Source: Sedimentisphaerales bacterium
Lineage (GTDB): Bacteria > Planctomycetota > Phycisphaerae > Sedimentisphaerales > SM23-30
Assembly (NCBI GenBank): GCA_963663965.2
Contig: CAXXFK010000010.1
Coordinates: forward strand, 224,001 to 288,000
Length of the DNA stretch: 64,000 nucleotides
Direction: 5' to 3'
Positions 9,763-19,881 of this stretch are shown piece by piece. The notes beneath the pieces are model-generated. The model made no database searches. It saw only the letters and a program-made list of their open reading frames with translations, and was not told where the DNA came from. Positions within the stretch are counted from its first letter, which is position 1; each line of letters starts with the position of its first letter. The translations under genes and the position numbers were made by a program.

Positions 9763-11028
9763 TCACTGTGGGCCGCTGGCGCCGTTCATATTAATCAGAT
9801 TTTCAATAAAATAACGCACCATGGGGTCATGGTAAATCATCACTACCAGAGTCCCAAACGAAAGAAACGGGCCGTAAGGGATTTCTCTGGTTTGCCGCAG
9901 TACCAGCCGGGATAAGGCCCAGCCCAGTCCGGCAAAAGGCGCAACGAAAAACGCCAGCAAGGGCGTAATCCACCCCAGAACCGCGCCAACGCCCGCCATC
10001 AGGTGAACATCACCCAAGCCCATCGCCTCGCGGCCAAAGGCCAGCGTCCCCAGAATTCGGGTCAGCCATACGATTCCGCCGCCTATCATAAAGCCAAATA
10101 AGCTCCCTGACAAGCCTGATAACCATTTTTGGGTTGATAAAATATCCGCAAATGACCCGTTAAGCGGGCCGGACTGCCCCAGAATAAGCCAAAAAACCAG
10201 CGCGCCAATGAAAACCGGGGCCAGAAAAGTCATTTCCCGCATCATTTCATGACGGACATTGACAGGTACGCCCAACTCAGTAGGACTGGGCGGCTCCAAC
10301 TCCATTAATTTCTCGGTAGTGGATGATGGTTTTTCCTTGGTTTTGCCTTCCAGTTCATCTTTTTTCTGCTGGAACCAGGCCTGTTCAGCCTGTTCAAGTT
10401 CATAAAAACTTCGCTTAATCAACTTGAAACGTACCAGAATCAGGCTGATGATCAGGCCAACGGTAGCGCCAAGCGCCTGGGAGGCGATTTTCACACCGGC
10501 ATAGGGCATGATCCGCCAGTAGTCTTCTGGAAAGAGGCCGGCAACATATGGCTGAAAAAAACTCAGGCCAAAGCCGCAAAAGGCCATGAAGTAGCTGAGA
10601 TGTAATGGTATGATCCAGAGTTCAGCGTCAATCAGGGATGAACTGATCAATACGGCGACAACGATCATGTGGCCCAGATAGATCATCCAGCCGCCCTGCT
10701 CAAATCCCGCCAGATTCTGGCGAACGTTACCGACGAAGTAGAGCCAGTAAAAACCGGCGAAGAATATCGCGGTAAGTAACTCGATCATGGCGTAGCGGAT
10801 GGAGTATGGCGCTTTACAATGCCGGCATTTGCCGCCCAGGTAAAACCAGGCCAGAATCGGGATATTATCGTACCAGGCAATGTGCTTCAAACAACTGGTA
10901 CAATGGCTGGGCGGGCTGACTAGAGATATCTCGCGGGGCAGACGATAGACCACCACATTCAGGAAGCTGCCAACGCAGGCCCCAAACGCAAAGAGGAAAA
11001 TCAGCCAGATGATTGGTGGTACAAACAA
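9763..11028 (-). CDS. Prepilin peptidase (A24) with a long cytoplasmic insertion
   Basis: GSFLNVVVYRLP, SHCTSC...WYDNIP...GKCRHC, MGLGDVHL, IPYGPFL. Confidence 0.92.
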   Translation of the reverse strand: MFVPPIIWLIFLFAFGACVGSFLNVVVYRLPREISLVSPPSHCTSCLKHIAWYDNIPILAWFYLGGKCRHCKAPYSIRYAMIELLTAIFFAGFYWLYFVGNVRQNLAGFEQGGWMIYLGHMIVVAVLISSSLIDAELWIIPLHLSYFMAFCGFGLSFFQPYVAGLFPEDYWRIMPYAGVKIASQALGATVGLIISLILVRFKLIKRSFYELEQAEQAWFQQKKDELEGKTKEKPSSTTEKLMELEPPSPTELGVPVNVRHEMMREMTFLAPVFIGALVFWLILGQSGPLNGSFADILSTQKWLSGLSGSLFGFMIGGGIVWLTRILGTLAFGREAMGLGDVHLMAGVGAVLGWITPLLAFFVAPFAGLGWALSRLVLRQTREIPYGPFLSFGTLVVMIYHDPMVRYFIENLINMNGASGPQ

Positions 11029-11053
11029 AGGATCTACTTATAGTTGGATGCTG

Positions 11054-12291
11054 TTATTTCTTTTTACTGGTTTTACGTGCGGGTTTACGCTTCAGCGCGG
11101 CCACTTTCATGGGCAGGCCAAACAGCCGGATAAAGCCGGTGGCGTCGGTACTGTCGTATTCCGCGCCCATCTTGAAGCTGGCCAGATCGCCGGCATATAA
11201 GCTATACGGGCTTTTCACGCCGGCCAGCGTGCATTGGCCTTTGTACAGTTTCAGGCGAACGGTGCCGGTTACATTCTGCTGGGTCGTCTCAAAAAACGCA
11301 TCCAGCGCTTCACGCAGCGGGGTGTACCACTGGCCGTAATAGACCAGGTCGGCGTATTTCAAGGCGACCTGCTGTTTGTAATGGGAGGTTTCGCGGTCCA
11401 GGCAGAGCATTTCGAGCGCTTTGTGGGCGGTGTAAAGGATTGTGCCGCCGGGAGTTTCATAAACGCCGCGGCTCTTCATCCCCACCAACCGGTTTTCGAC
11501 CAGATCGGTCTGGCCGACGCCGTGGGTACCGCCGATAGCGTTCAGGGTTTCGATCAGTTTGACCCCATCGATCGCTTTGCCATCCAGCTTAACCGGAACC
11601 CCTTTAACGAAACCAATTTCAACATAATCGGGTTTGGCCGGTGTCTTGCTGACCGGGTTACTGATCACGAACAGGTGGTTCTGGGGTTCGTTCCAGGGAT
11701 CTTCCAGATCGGCGCCTTCGTGGCTGATGTGCCAGAGGTTGCGGTCGCGGCTGTAGATTTTCTTTTTGGTCTGCTCGATGGGGATATTGCGTTTGCGGGC
11801 GTATTCCACCGCCGCCTCACGGCTGGTAAGTTCGAAGGAGGGGGTCTTTCCACGGGGCAATAATGGTCAGCGAGGGATCGAGCGCCATGAAGGTCAGTTT
11901 CGAAGCGGACCTGGTCGTTGCCTTTGCCGGTGGCGCCGTGCGAAACGGCGTCGGCGCCTTCTTCCTGGGCAATGCGGACCTGTTCCTTGGCGATCAGCGG
12001 CCGGGCGATACTGGTGCCGAGCAGGTAGCCGTTCTCATAAACGGCGCCGCTTTTGAGCATGGGCCAGAGGAAATCTTCCACGAATTCCTTGCGTAAGTCC
12101 TTGACAATACACTTGCTTGCGCCGCTGTCCAGCGCCTTCTTCTGAATGCCTTTCAGTTCGCTGCCCTGGCCCAGTTCGGCGGCGTAGGCGATCACTTCAC
12201 AGTTATATTTTTCCTTCAGCCAGGGCAGGATCACACTGGTGTCCAGGCCGCCGCTGTAGGCGAGTACGATTTTTTTAACGTTCGTGGTCAT
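11054..12291 (-). pseudogene. argG: Argininosuccinate synthase split by two +1 frameshifts (real pseudogene or sequencing error)
   Basis: [10 protein letters not shown] and [13 protein letters not shown] in one frame; YSRDRNLWH and [21 protein letters not shown] in another. Removing one base at 11898-11900 and one at 11840-11844 restores [29 protein letters not shown]. Confidence 0.9.
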
Positions 12292-12461
12292 CGATTTATC
12301 CTTAAAACAGACAAGATCATACAATGTTCAATAATCTCATCATTATTATAGTGCGTAAGCCATTTTGCAAAGGGATTTTAACGGGTTTTTGCGGATAAAT
12401 GCGAATTTGAGGCGGGAATTAGGATAGCTTCACACCCAGCCAATATCTCCATACCCACCCT

Positions 12462-12488
12462 GTAGGGGCAATCCCCCGTGATGGCCCC
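12462..12488 (+). repeat. GTAG-family REP-like palindrome
   Basis: GTAG-GGGCAATC-CCCCGT-GATGGCCCC imperfect hairpin, intergenic. Confidence 0.6.
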
Positions 12489-12647
12489 GATCTAATATCC
12501 CCAGATCATTCCTCCCCCATCCGCCCACATACCAACAAGTCCCGCAGGCCGAAGATCCGCCTCAGGCAAGGACGATACTGCCCGGTCAAACCCATTGCCA
12601 GACCATAGCCATATTTCAAATCTCAGATCCGAGGTTGTCTCACCCCG

Positions 12648-14507
12648 TCAATCGATCAGGCTTTCAATCTGGTCCATAGCCCGGTTTATCGCCTGGATGG
12701 TCTTGTCAAAGGGTTGGGCGGTCGTCATGTCAACCCCGGCTTCTTTCAGCAGGTTGATCGGGTAATCGGACCCGCCGGCCGAGATGAATTTTAGATATTT
12801 TTCCGCCGCACCCGGTTCGCCGGCCAGCACCTTTTCAGACAACGCCGTCGAGGCGCAGTAAGAAGTGGCGTACTGATAGACATAAAAGTTATAATAGAAA
12901 TGCGGAACATAAGCCCATTCCACCGCGTACAGATCGTCGATCTGGCAGACGCCCTGGTCATGGCCGTAATAGCGCCGGAGAATATCGCCATAGATTTCGG
13001 TCAGCGTGTCGCCGGTCAGTGGTCGGCCCTTTTCGGCTTCCTCGTGAATCCGCAGCTCAAATTCGGCAAACTGGGTCTGGCGGAACAGCGTGTTTTTCAT
13101 CCCGTCCAGATAGCTCATCAGCAGGGACAGACGCACCTCTTTGTTTTTGATCTTTTTGAGCATCATGTCATTGAGCAGCGCTTCATTAAAAGTCGAAGCC
13201 ACCTCGGCGACAAAAATAGAATAATCCGCCGTAGCAAACGGCTGCGTCTTATTGGAATAATAGCTCTGCATGGTATGGCCCAGTTCGTGGGCCAGGGTAC
13301 TCACATCATCGTACAGACCGTTATAATTCAGCAGAATATACGGATGCACATCATAGGCCCCGCCGTTGGAGTAGGCCCCCGCCCGTTTGCCGGTGGAAGG
13401 GTACACATCGATCCAGCGCTGGTTAATCGCCTGGCGCACCACATTCACATAATTGTCCCCCAGCGGCGCGAGCGCTTCCAGCACCAGCCGGCTACCCGCT
13501 TCATAGTCATACTTCAGGTCAACGCCCTCGACGGTCGGGGCATAAATATCGGAATATTTCAACTGATCCACGCCCATCATCTTTTTCTTGATCTTCAGAT
13601 ACCGCTGAAAAGAATCCAGGTTCCGGTTGACATTGTCAATCAACGCGTGATAAACCGCCACCGGAATATTATTCGGATACAGGGCGCTGTGCAGCGACGA
13701 GTCATAGCCCCGCGCCCGTGCGCGGAAGATGTCAGCCTGGACATTGGCATAGAGCTGGCTGCCGAAAGTCTGGCGAAATTTGTCGATCTCTCCGAAGAAG
13801 GCGTTAAAGACCGCTTCCCGGTCGGCCCGGTTCGTCGACGCGCGATACAGTCCATATCCGGCCTTGTCCAGCCGCACTTTCCGGCCATCGCTCAAGGCAA
13901 TCTCCGGATACGGAAACTCCGCGTTGCTGAATACCGAATAAATCGACGCGGCCGATCCGGTCAGCATGCTCGCGCCGGCCATGATCTTTTCTTCCTTTTC
14001 CGACAGCGTATACTTTTTCATCCGCTGGATATCATACAGTCTGAAGCGGTATTCCTTCAGTCCCGGCTCCGCGGCCAGAAATTGATCGATGGTCGCCCGG
14101 CTGAGCTGGGCCAGTTCCGGATCGATAAACGACGCCAGCGTCCCCAGATTGGTCGCCATCTGCCGCAGTTCCTGCTGCATCGCCTGGTATTTCGACACCC
14201 GGGTATCCTCATCGGATTTCATACTGGCATAGCAGGACAAACGGGCGAACTCGCGGGAGAGATCGCTGGTGAACTTCAGGCAGGCCAGCAAATCCCGCGC
14301 CGAACGGCCCAGTTTCCCTTTATATTGCAGAACCCCCTCAAACTGACCACCCAGCTTAACCTTGGCCGCTTCCCACGCCGCCTCCGTTGCATAAAGATCC
14401 TCCAAATTCCAGGTATCCCCAACCGCCAACTCGCTCCGCTGCCGGCCGTGAGCCTGACAGGCCACTAATATCACAATACTCAAGCATAGACACAAATATT
14501 TTCTCAT
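12648..14507 (-). CDS. pepF: Oligoendopeptidase F (M3B) with N-terminal signal peptide
   Basis: TWNLEDLY, GKRAGAYS, HPYILLNY, LAHELGH, FVAEVASTFNE, PHFYYNFYVYQYA. Start at ATG 14507 (SD AGGAG). Confidence 0.93.
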   Translation of the reverse strand: MRKYLCLCLSIVILVACQAHGRQRSELAVGDTWNLEDLYATEAAWEAAKVKLGGQFEGVLQYKGKLGRSARDLLACLKFTSDLSREFARLSCYASMKSDEDTRVSKYQAMQQELRQMATNLGTLASFIDPELAQLSRATIDQFLAAEPGLKEYRFRLYDIQRMKKYTLSEKEEKIMAGASMLTGSAASIYSVFSNAEFPYPEIALSDGRKVRLDKAGYGLYRASTNRADREAVFNAFFGEIDKFRQTFGSQLYANVQADIFRARARGYDSSLHSALYPNNIPVAVYHALIDNVNRNLDSFQRYLKIKKKMMGVDQLKYSDIYAPTVEGVDLKYDYEAGSRLVLEALAPLGDNYVNVVRQAINQRWIDVYPSTGKRAGAYSNGGAYDVHPYILLNYNGLYDDVSTLAHELGHTMQSYYSNKTQPFATADYSIFVAEVASTFNEALLNDMMLKKIKNKEVRLSLLMSYLDGMKNTLFRQTQFAEFELRIHEEAEKGRPLTGDTLTEIYGDILRRYYGHDQGVCQIDDLYAVEWAYVPHFYYNFYVYQYATSYCASTALSEKVLAGEPGAAEKYLKFISAGGSDYPINLLKEAGVDMTTAQPFDKTIQAINRAMDQIESLID

Positions 14508-14635
14508 AGCCGGTCTCCTGTTATGTAAAAGGTTATGCAAACCTTATAGCCGATGGCCGCCAGAAAATCAATTCTCATCTGAAAATCAACCGCCTAACAA
14601 TTAAAAGCTTGATTAATCAGATCCAATACTTACCC

Positions 14636-16033
14636 TTAAAATGGGATATAATCAGGTGGGATATAATCAGGTGGGATATTTTCGTTGTTCTTTTGTTGCA
14701 AACTATCATATTCCTTTTTCTTTAAGGGGGGTTTTTTCCTTTGTCGTTCCTGGCAATCTGGACATAAATTAGAACAAAACCCACATTCATGACAAATAAG
14801 TTTGTTGCATGAGCTACAGGTTTGATCCTGCCCAAGATAGAGCGGGTTCTGTCCACACCGAATTGGAGTTTTATCCTCTAATTGTCCCCAACCACCACAA
14901 TATGCATAAATTGTAACCCATTTGCCATGATCCTTTCTTCCTTGCAATATGTTGGCGCCCCCTAATTTAAAGAAATTGAAATATGTTGCTTCTTCAAAGC
15001 ATCTTTCAGAAACTTCTGAAAGAATATTCCATAAGTTCCATACTGTCTTAAGAGGATCATATACCCCAAGTGGAATTTTTGAATGTTCACCTGAACCTGG
15101 AAATAATATTTCATCAATCCGGGTTTCCTTAAAAGTGCTATGTTCAGATGTTAATCGACAGAATCTGTCAAGAATGTGCAAAAACAATACGGGGCGGCTT
15201 AATCCGCAGTCATTAATACGACGCTCCAATCTCATTGCTTCAGAACCCAGCGCACTTTCCGTTTTACTGGCTATAACTCGTTTAGCTAATACACCGCTAC
15301 CGATAGCACACTCTCGTCGTGGAAACTCAAAATCAGGCGAACGAATGATTTCAAGTGACGCATCTCTCTCTCTATAGCATACGGCAGGGTAATCGAACAG
15401 CCAGGCCGGCAAGAAATTTTTATTAAGATCGGTCGAAAAATTCACCGCCAATGTGTCACTATTGAAATACTTTTGCAATTGTTCAATTTGTCCCCAGGTC
15501 GTCTCTCCAAGCCAGATAATTGGATCTGTACTATCCTCACCGTAAGGTGATAGAAATGCACTAATGGTTACATCATGCCCTTTTCTATCTGACTTAAATT
15601 TAGGCACACAATGCTCAGAATAAGTATTTGGTGATGAGAATGATGTTCTGGCATTTTTAACATCAATCCATTGATCATTGGTTGAAATATCAGCTTTTTT
15701 CCATTCATTTCGATTGGGATCAGTAACCTGCATAATGGACAAATCTTCGGCACTACCGTAAAGTTGGCGATATAATCTTAATGCAGCTAGTTCAGCCTTC
15801 CTTGCAGAGGTCATTGCAATTTTATTGAAGATTTCTCCCCCATTTTGCGAAGTCCAATTTTGAATGAGTAGTTTGTCGTACTTTCCAAGATCAGACTTTA
15901 TTCTGTCATCCCAAAAATGTATTTTTTCCCACGGTTCTTTCAATAGTTCTTGAGAAACTTTCTCGATTTTCATTTTTGCTTCAAGATTTTCTTTCAGTTT
16001 TTTCACATACAAATCTATCACATCAAGTTCCAT
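14636..16033 (-). CDS. Putative PD-(D/E)XK nuclease-like protein with C-terminal Cys-rich Zn-binding region
   Basis: AELAALRLY..EDLS..ADI..WIDVKN fits the E..D..DxK pattern; C-terminal CSSC..ICHECGFCSNLCPDC; ends IPPDYIPPDYIPF. Confidence 0.6.
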   Translation of the reverse strand: MELDVIDLYVKKLKENLEAKMKIEKVSQELLKEPWEKIHFWDDRIKSDLGKYDKLLIQNWTSQNGGEIFNKIAMTSARKAELAALRLYRQLYGSAEDLSIMQVTDPNRNEWKKADISTNDQWIDVKNARTSFSSPNTYSEHCVPKFKSDRKGHDVTISAFLSPYGEDSTDPIIWLGETTWGQIEQLQKYFNSDTLAVNFSTDLNKNFLPAWLFDYPAVCYRERDASLEIIRSPDFEFPRRECAIGSGVLAKRVIASKTESALGSEAMRLERRINDCGLSRPVLFLHILDRFCRLTSEHSTFKETRIDEILFPGSGEHSKIPLGVYDPLKTVWNLWNILSEVSERCFEEATYFNFFKLGGANILQGRKDHGKWVTIYAYCGGWGQLEDKTPIRCGQNPLYLGQDQTCSSCNKLICHECGFCSNLCPDCQERQRKKPPLKKKEYDSLQQKNNENIPPDYIPPDYIPF

Positions 16034-16974
16034 TTCTTGCTTTTGAATAAATGAATCCCAGATAACAGGATCCCGATTCGCGCCGATAATAAACTATTCC
16101 GGATTATATTAATATTTAATCGATTCTTTTCCGCAGTAGCAATTAATTCTTCATCATTCTTTCTTTGAGAGTAATTTTGATTCCATACCGTACGGTTCAC
16201 TCCATTCGTCTGGAATTGGCGAAGTTGAAGCAATTGAGTTTCGAGGATTTCCAGTTCATCGCTTGCTTTATTAGTTAAGCGATCTAAATCTTGTTGTGAT
16301 TTGTAGTGAAACTTTTTATTTTCATACCAGCTTTTCGATATATATTTCCTGTTCTGATTGTAATATTTTTCCGCTTCAATGAATTTATATGATGTTAATA
16401 TCTCAGTTAATTCCTGTTTCTTATACTGGCTCCTTAAATCTCTAAACCAATTTTTCTCAATATCACCACGATTTTTTTTGTAATAGAACTCGGCTTCTTC
16501 AAAATTATATAATATTAATAGGTCATGCAATTCTTTCTTCTTATAGTAACCCCTTAAATTTTTATACACAATTATTATCTATGTGACGCTTTATTGCTTT
16601 ATAACAATCCTCCGCCTCTGCAAATCGAAATGACTTTAGCATCTGAGGTAATACTTTTTTCATATAGTGAATTTTTTGGCTTTCATACCATCTTTTCTCA
16701 ATACAATCATGATTCTCTTTATAGCAGCGTTCTGCTCCTTCAAAATTAAACAACTTTAGCATCTCATGTAATTCTTGCTTCTTATAGCAACCCTTTAAAT
16801 CGTTATACCAATTCTTGTCTATTTGACGCTTTATTTCGTTATAACAATCATCCGCCTCTGCAAATCGAAATGACTTTTATAATACTCCCCAAAAACTGGA
16901 CAAAAAAACGGTGATTTTTAGATGGAATTGCCGCCTGAACCGATTGAATAATTCGTATTCAGGAGACAGTTTTA

Positions 16975-18183
16975 ATGAAAGGCAAACGGCGAAATCACAG
17001 TGCCCAGTTTAAGGCGAAAGTGGCCCTGGCCGCCCTGAAGGGCGACAAGACGCTGGCGGAGTTGGCCAAGGTTTTACCAGGTACACCCGACTCAGGTTAC
17101 CCAGTGGAAAAAGGAGCTTTTGAATGCCTTGCCGGAGATCTTTTCTCTGAGGCGCCACCAGGATCAGCGCGAGCAGCAGGCTTTGGTGGATCAGTTATAT
17201 CAGCAGATCGGCCAACTCACGATGGAGTTGGACTGGCTTAAAAAAAAATCCGGGCTTGACACTTGAGCAGAAGCGCCTGGCGATAGAGCCGGGCCATCCC
17301 CGGATTCCGATCGATCGTCAGTGTGAACTGCTGGGCCTGGCCCGCAGTAGTTACTATTATCGTCCCTGCCGGGACACGGAGTACCATGAGAGTCTGATGC
17401 GGCTATTGGATGAACAATACCTCAAAACCCCTTGTTACGGGGTTGACAAGATGACGCAGTGGCTGCGTCGTCAAGGCCACATCGTCAATCCGAAGCGCGT
17501 GCGCCGTTTGCTCCGGCTGATGGGCTTAGAAGCGATTTATCCGCGCGTTTAAGCGGCATTTGAGCCAACCGGACCCGGCCCACAAGATTTATCCCTACCT
17601 GCTTGATGGGGTGGTGGTTACCCGGCCGAACCAGGTCTGGTCGACCGATATTACCTATATCCGCATGTCTCAGGGCTGGGTGTACTTAACGGCGGTCATG
17701 GATTGGTTCAGCCGTTATGTGTTAAGCTGGGAAGTTTCGATCACGCTGGAGGCCGATTTTTGCGTATCGGCGTTGGAGCAGGCGCTGGGCCAGGGCACCC
17801 CGGAGATCTTCAATACGGATCAGGGCAGCCAATTTACATCAGTGGATTTTATCCGGCCCTTGAAAGATGCCGGGATTTTAATCAGCATGGATGGCCGGGG
17901 CCGGGTATTTGACAACATATTTGTCGAACGGTTATGGCGTTCGGTCAAGGTGGAGGAGGTCTATCTGCGAGATTACCAGACGGTGGCCGAGGCGGTGTTA
18001 GGCCTGGGCCGCTATTTTGAGTTTTACAATCATGAACGGCTGCACGAGGCCCTGGGATACCTTACCCCGGCCGAGGTGTTCGCCGGGGCTGTCGCCCCTC
18101 CAGTCGCCCTCCGGGCTCCTTCCGGGGCGACAGCCCCCACCGTGGCGATAACTCCATCTAAGAAAGTCAATATTTTTGTCTAG
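16975..18183 (+). pseudogene. IS3 transposase orfA/orfB, with A9 slippery site at 17240-17248 and two extra +1 frameshifts
   Basis: orfA RRNHSAQFKAKVAL; orfB WSTDITYI, IFNTDQGSQF, DNIFVERLWRSVKVE. Extra T at 17072-75 and at 17548-50. Confidence 0.88.
18085..18137. repeat. GC-rich 14-bp perfect inverted repeat near the IS3 right end
   Basis: GGGGCTGTCGCCCC (18085-98) and GGGGCGACAGCCCC (18124-37). Confidence 0.8.
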
Positions 18184-18784
18184 ACAATGGGGAGGGGTAC
18201 ATTTAGCATCTCAGATATTTGTTGTTTCTTGTAGTGAATCTTTTGGCTTTCATACCATAGCCTGTCAATATAATCACAATTCTTTTTATAATAAACTTCA
18301 GCGTCTTTAAAATTACATGATTTTAGTATGTCATGTAATTCTTGCTTTTTATATCGATCTCTTAAATTCTCATACCAAGTTTTTTCGATATAAATTCTGT
18401 TCTCTATATAATAATTCTGCGCATCTTCATATTTATAAGATTCAAGAAGTTTATCCAAGCCTAACTCAATTTTATGTATCTGTTCACGAAGATATTCCTG
18501 TTTTTTATTATTGAAGAAATTTAATCGCGAACTTTCAATATTATCATGTTTGATAATTTCTAAAGGTGTTATTTTTTTATTAAATGTCAGTATACCATTG
18601 TTTTCAAAGTAGATAATCAGAGTATCTTCTTTGATGTCAAAAATTTGCCCAAGACCAAAATCATAATTCAACCTGTGCTTAACGACCATATCAATTTCAT
18701 AAACCATAAATGCTTTTCCAATATTTGATAGATAATTTTAGCAAATTTTTGTTATCAGAACCGTTTCCACAAAGAAATAGTCCC

Positions 18785-19071
18785 GTAGCCTGGGCACCGG
18801 CAGGATGAGGCAAAACTTGTTTTGCCCATGCTGAGCTAGGCGAAGTCCCGAATCCTCGGGGCTGATCTAAATATTTACCCTTCAATATCATCATTCATAT
18901 TCTTCCGGCCAAAACAACGCTTCGGCCACATCGCCTGCGAGACTCGGTTATGGCTCACCCCTGCAAAAATCAAATGCGCGTTTCAAGTTCATTATTCACA
19001 GCCTTTCACAAACCCCCAATCAACCACATGTGCACAGATTTGCCTCATCCTACGATTTTTGCCCACGCTAC
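18785..19071. repeat. Inverted pair of composite GTAG REP-like elements
   Basis: GTAGCCTGGGCA..GCAGGATGAGGCAAA at 18785 (+) and GTAGCGTGGGCA..GTAGGATGAGGCAAA at 19071 (-). Confidence 0.6.
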
Positions 19072-19128
19072 GCGACTGCATCTAAAACCTTGCCCTTCAA
19101 ACTATTAATTAGTTCAAAAAAACCATTT

Positions 19129-19821
19129 TCAATCTCCTTTTTTCATTATTGGTTTTCCGGCATTTTTTAATTTAAAGTTTGCTGCATCGATTTTATTTTG
19201 AATTTTTGCAGGTTTCACAAAACACTCATTCAATAAATCTCCCAATATTTCAAGGCACCATTCCGCTTCTCCAGATTCCACATCAAGGATTTCTCCTGTC
19301 GATTGATCTGGAATCGGATGAGCAGCAAAATTACCAAAATTTCTTATAGCATCAACGGCTTTCGATAAATAAACTGGTAATTTTTGGGAAGCTAAAAGTT
19401 CTTCAACCTCATCAGCTAGCGTTCTTTTTACAAAACCAAATTGGTTTCGAATCAGTTTCTGCAAACATCTACGACTCAATGCTGCACTTGATTTGGGGCT
19501 GATAGCTAATACCTTTGATGCCTCAATATAATCGTCCGCATAATCTTTTGGAACCTCATTTGGAGGTATTGGATGATTTCTATATTTTGGATATGCTAGT
19601 ACTAATTCCTGGTCAGCTTTTTGTGCTAAAGCCGAATTGTAACTTATGCTTCTAATGTCACCAAAAAATTTTCTCCCATCTAAACCAATAAGATAAATAA
19701 TTACATTTTTACAACTAGGACAATTTGATGAAAATACTATCCATTTTTTCTGGGGGTCTTCACCAATCAATTTTCCATCTGGGTTATAATGTATCTCAAC
19801 TTCACAATGTGGACATTTCAT
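19129..19821 (-). CDS. DUF4145 (HEPN-like) domain protein with N-terminal Zn ribbon
   Basis: CPHC..CPSC; DYIEASKVLAISPKSSAALSRRCLQ; IRNFGNFAAH (RxxGNxxxH). Confidence 0.8.
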   Translation of the reverse strand: MKCPHCEVEIHYNPDGKLIGEDPQKKWIVFSSNCPSCKNVIIYLIGLDGRKFFGDIRSISYNSALAQKADQELVLAYPKYRNHPIPPNEVPKDYADDYIEASKVLAISPKSSAALSRRCLQKLIRNQFGFVKRTLADEVEELLASQKLPVYLSKAVDAIRNFGNFAAHPIPDQSTGEILDVESGEAEWCLEILGDLLNECFVKPAKIQNKIDAANFKLKNAGKPIMKKGD

Positions 19822-19881
19822 CTAATACCTCATTTTCAAATTTCTTTTTTTGGGTTCAATTAATCTCTATTTTCAATAATA

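Larger units (their letters stand above)
16878..18201 (+). mobile_element. IS3-family insertion sequence (1324 bp) with 3-bp TTT target duplication
   Basis: IRL TATAATACTCCCCAAAAACTGGACAA versus reverse-complemented IRR TGTACCCCTCCCCATTGTCTAGACAA; TTT at 16875-77 and 18202-04; orfA HTH plus orfB DDE. Confidence 0.92.
16018..18707 (-). pseudogene. 40-aa tandem-repeat protein interrupted by IS3 and one frameshift
   Basis: ORF fragments 18180..18707, 16562..16877 and 16018..16569 join after IS removal and deletion of one base near 16568. The result has seven repeats of the type KKQELHDILKSCNFKDAEVYYKKNCDYIDRLWYESQKIHY. Confidence 0.85.

Noticed and set aside
12900..14468. 522-aa plus-strand ORF
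   Set aside because: Antisense shadow of GC-rich pepF; no motifs.
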